A stretch of 64,000 nucleotides of DNA, taken from Azolla caroliniana (taxonomy: Eukaryota; Plantae; Polypodiophyta). Shown here in pieces: positions 63,645 through 64,000 of this stretch (the first letter of the stretch is position 1; the number at the start of each line of letters is the position of its first letter). A program made the position numbers and the translations under genes. The DNA is taken from assembly GCA_043228905.1 (NCBI GenBank), contig JBHGNT010000010.1, positions 9,858,001 to 9,922,000 of the forward strand, written 5' to 3'. The notes beneath the pieces were generated by a model that ran no database searches, had not been told where the DNA came from, and saw only the letters and a list, made by a program, of their open reading frames with translations.

Positions 63645-64000
63645 CTCTTGTCAAGCTTTGCGGGTTCGTCGAAAGATGATCCTTTGTCGAACTTTGTGGG
63701 TTTGGTAGACCTTGATCTTTCGTCGAAAGATTTGGGTTTGGCAAACTTTGATCTTTCGTCGAAAGATATTCCCCTTATCGAACTCTGATCTTTCGATGAA
63801 GAATGATCTTCCGTCGAAAGATATCCTCTTGTCAAGCTTTACGGGTTTGTCAAAAGATGGTCTTTCGTCGAACTTTGTGGGTTTGGCAGACCTTGATCTT
63901 TCGTCGAAAGATGTGGGTTTGGCAAACTTTGATCTTTCGTTGAAAGATGTTCCCCTTATCGAACTATGATCTTTCGACGAAGGATGATCTTCAGTCGAAA
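63645..64000. repeat. Tandem repeat with a 181-bp period built from palindromic ATCTTTCGTCGAAAGAT subunits; runs off the window
   Basis: CTCTTGTCAAGCTTT recurs at 63645 and 63826 with collinear sequence following. It lies upstream of A gag. Confidence 0.88.

Larger units (their letters stand above)
20735..64000 (-). mobile_element. Large non-chromovirus Ty3/gypsy element A (Athila/Tat-like pol), more than 15.8 kb once nested inserts are removed; 5' LTR beyond the window
   Basis: 3' LTR 20735-21310 with a PPT. Gag-pol rejoins in frame across the inserts: LTLDDQAG|IWFRTL (62795/52060) and SANIITR|AQRVTHN (50845/34143). That the whole 21.3-29.2 kb region belongs to A is inferred from the absence of other junctions. 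Confidence 0.8.

Overview
Eukaryotic genomic DNA, most likely from a non-seed land plant (fern, lycophyte or bryophyte; inferred from the spliced genes and TE types). It holds two host genes: an 8-exon SMG9 (NMD factor, 6563-10287, +) and, tail-to-tail with it, a 2-exon secreted-type Cys/Pro-rich protein I cannot assign to a family (12465-11930, -). The rest is mostly retrotransposon. From 18.2 kb to the window end is a five-deep nest of LTR elements, most of whose junctions I could resolve by termini and target-site duplications (TSDs): Copia G > large Ty3/gypsy A > Ty3/gypsy B > Copia E > intact young Copia F, and separately A > solo LTR D > Ty3/gypsy C. The most unusual observations are: (1) element C has no polypurine tract, and an inverted copy of its tRNA-Arg primer-binding site sits in its place, suggesting tRNA- or self-priming of both strands; (2) element A has a second aspartic-protease domain in frame after integrase; (3) A carries a cluster of at least 4 extra co-oriented ORFs with virus-like overlapping stop/start junctions; (4) SMG9 intron 6 has competing splice sites that all create premature stops; (5) a tRNA-Trp-primed gypsy family makes 4-bp CG-centred TSDs and has a fungal-like RT signature. 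No database searches were run; family names come from motif recognition.
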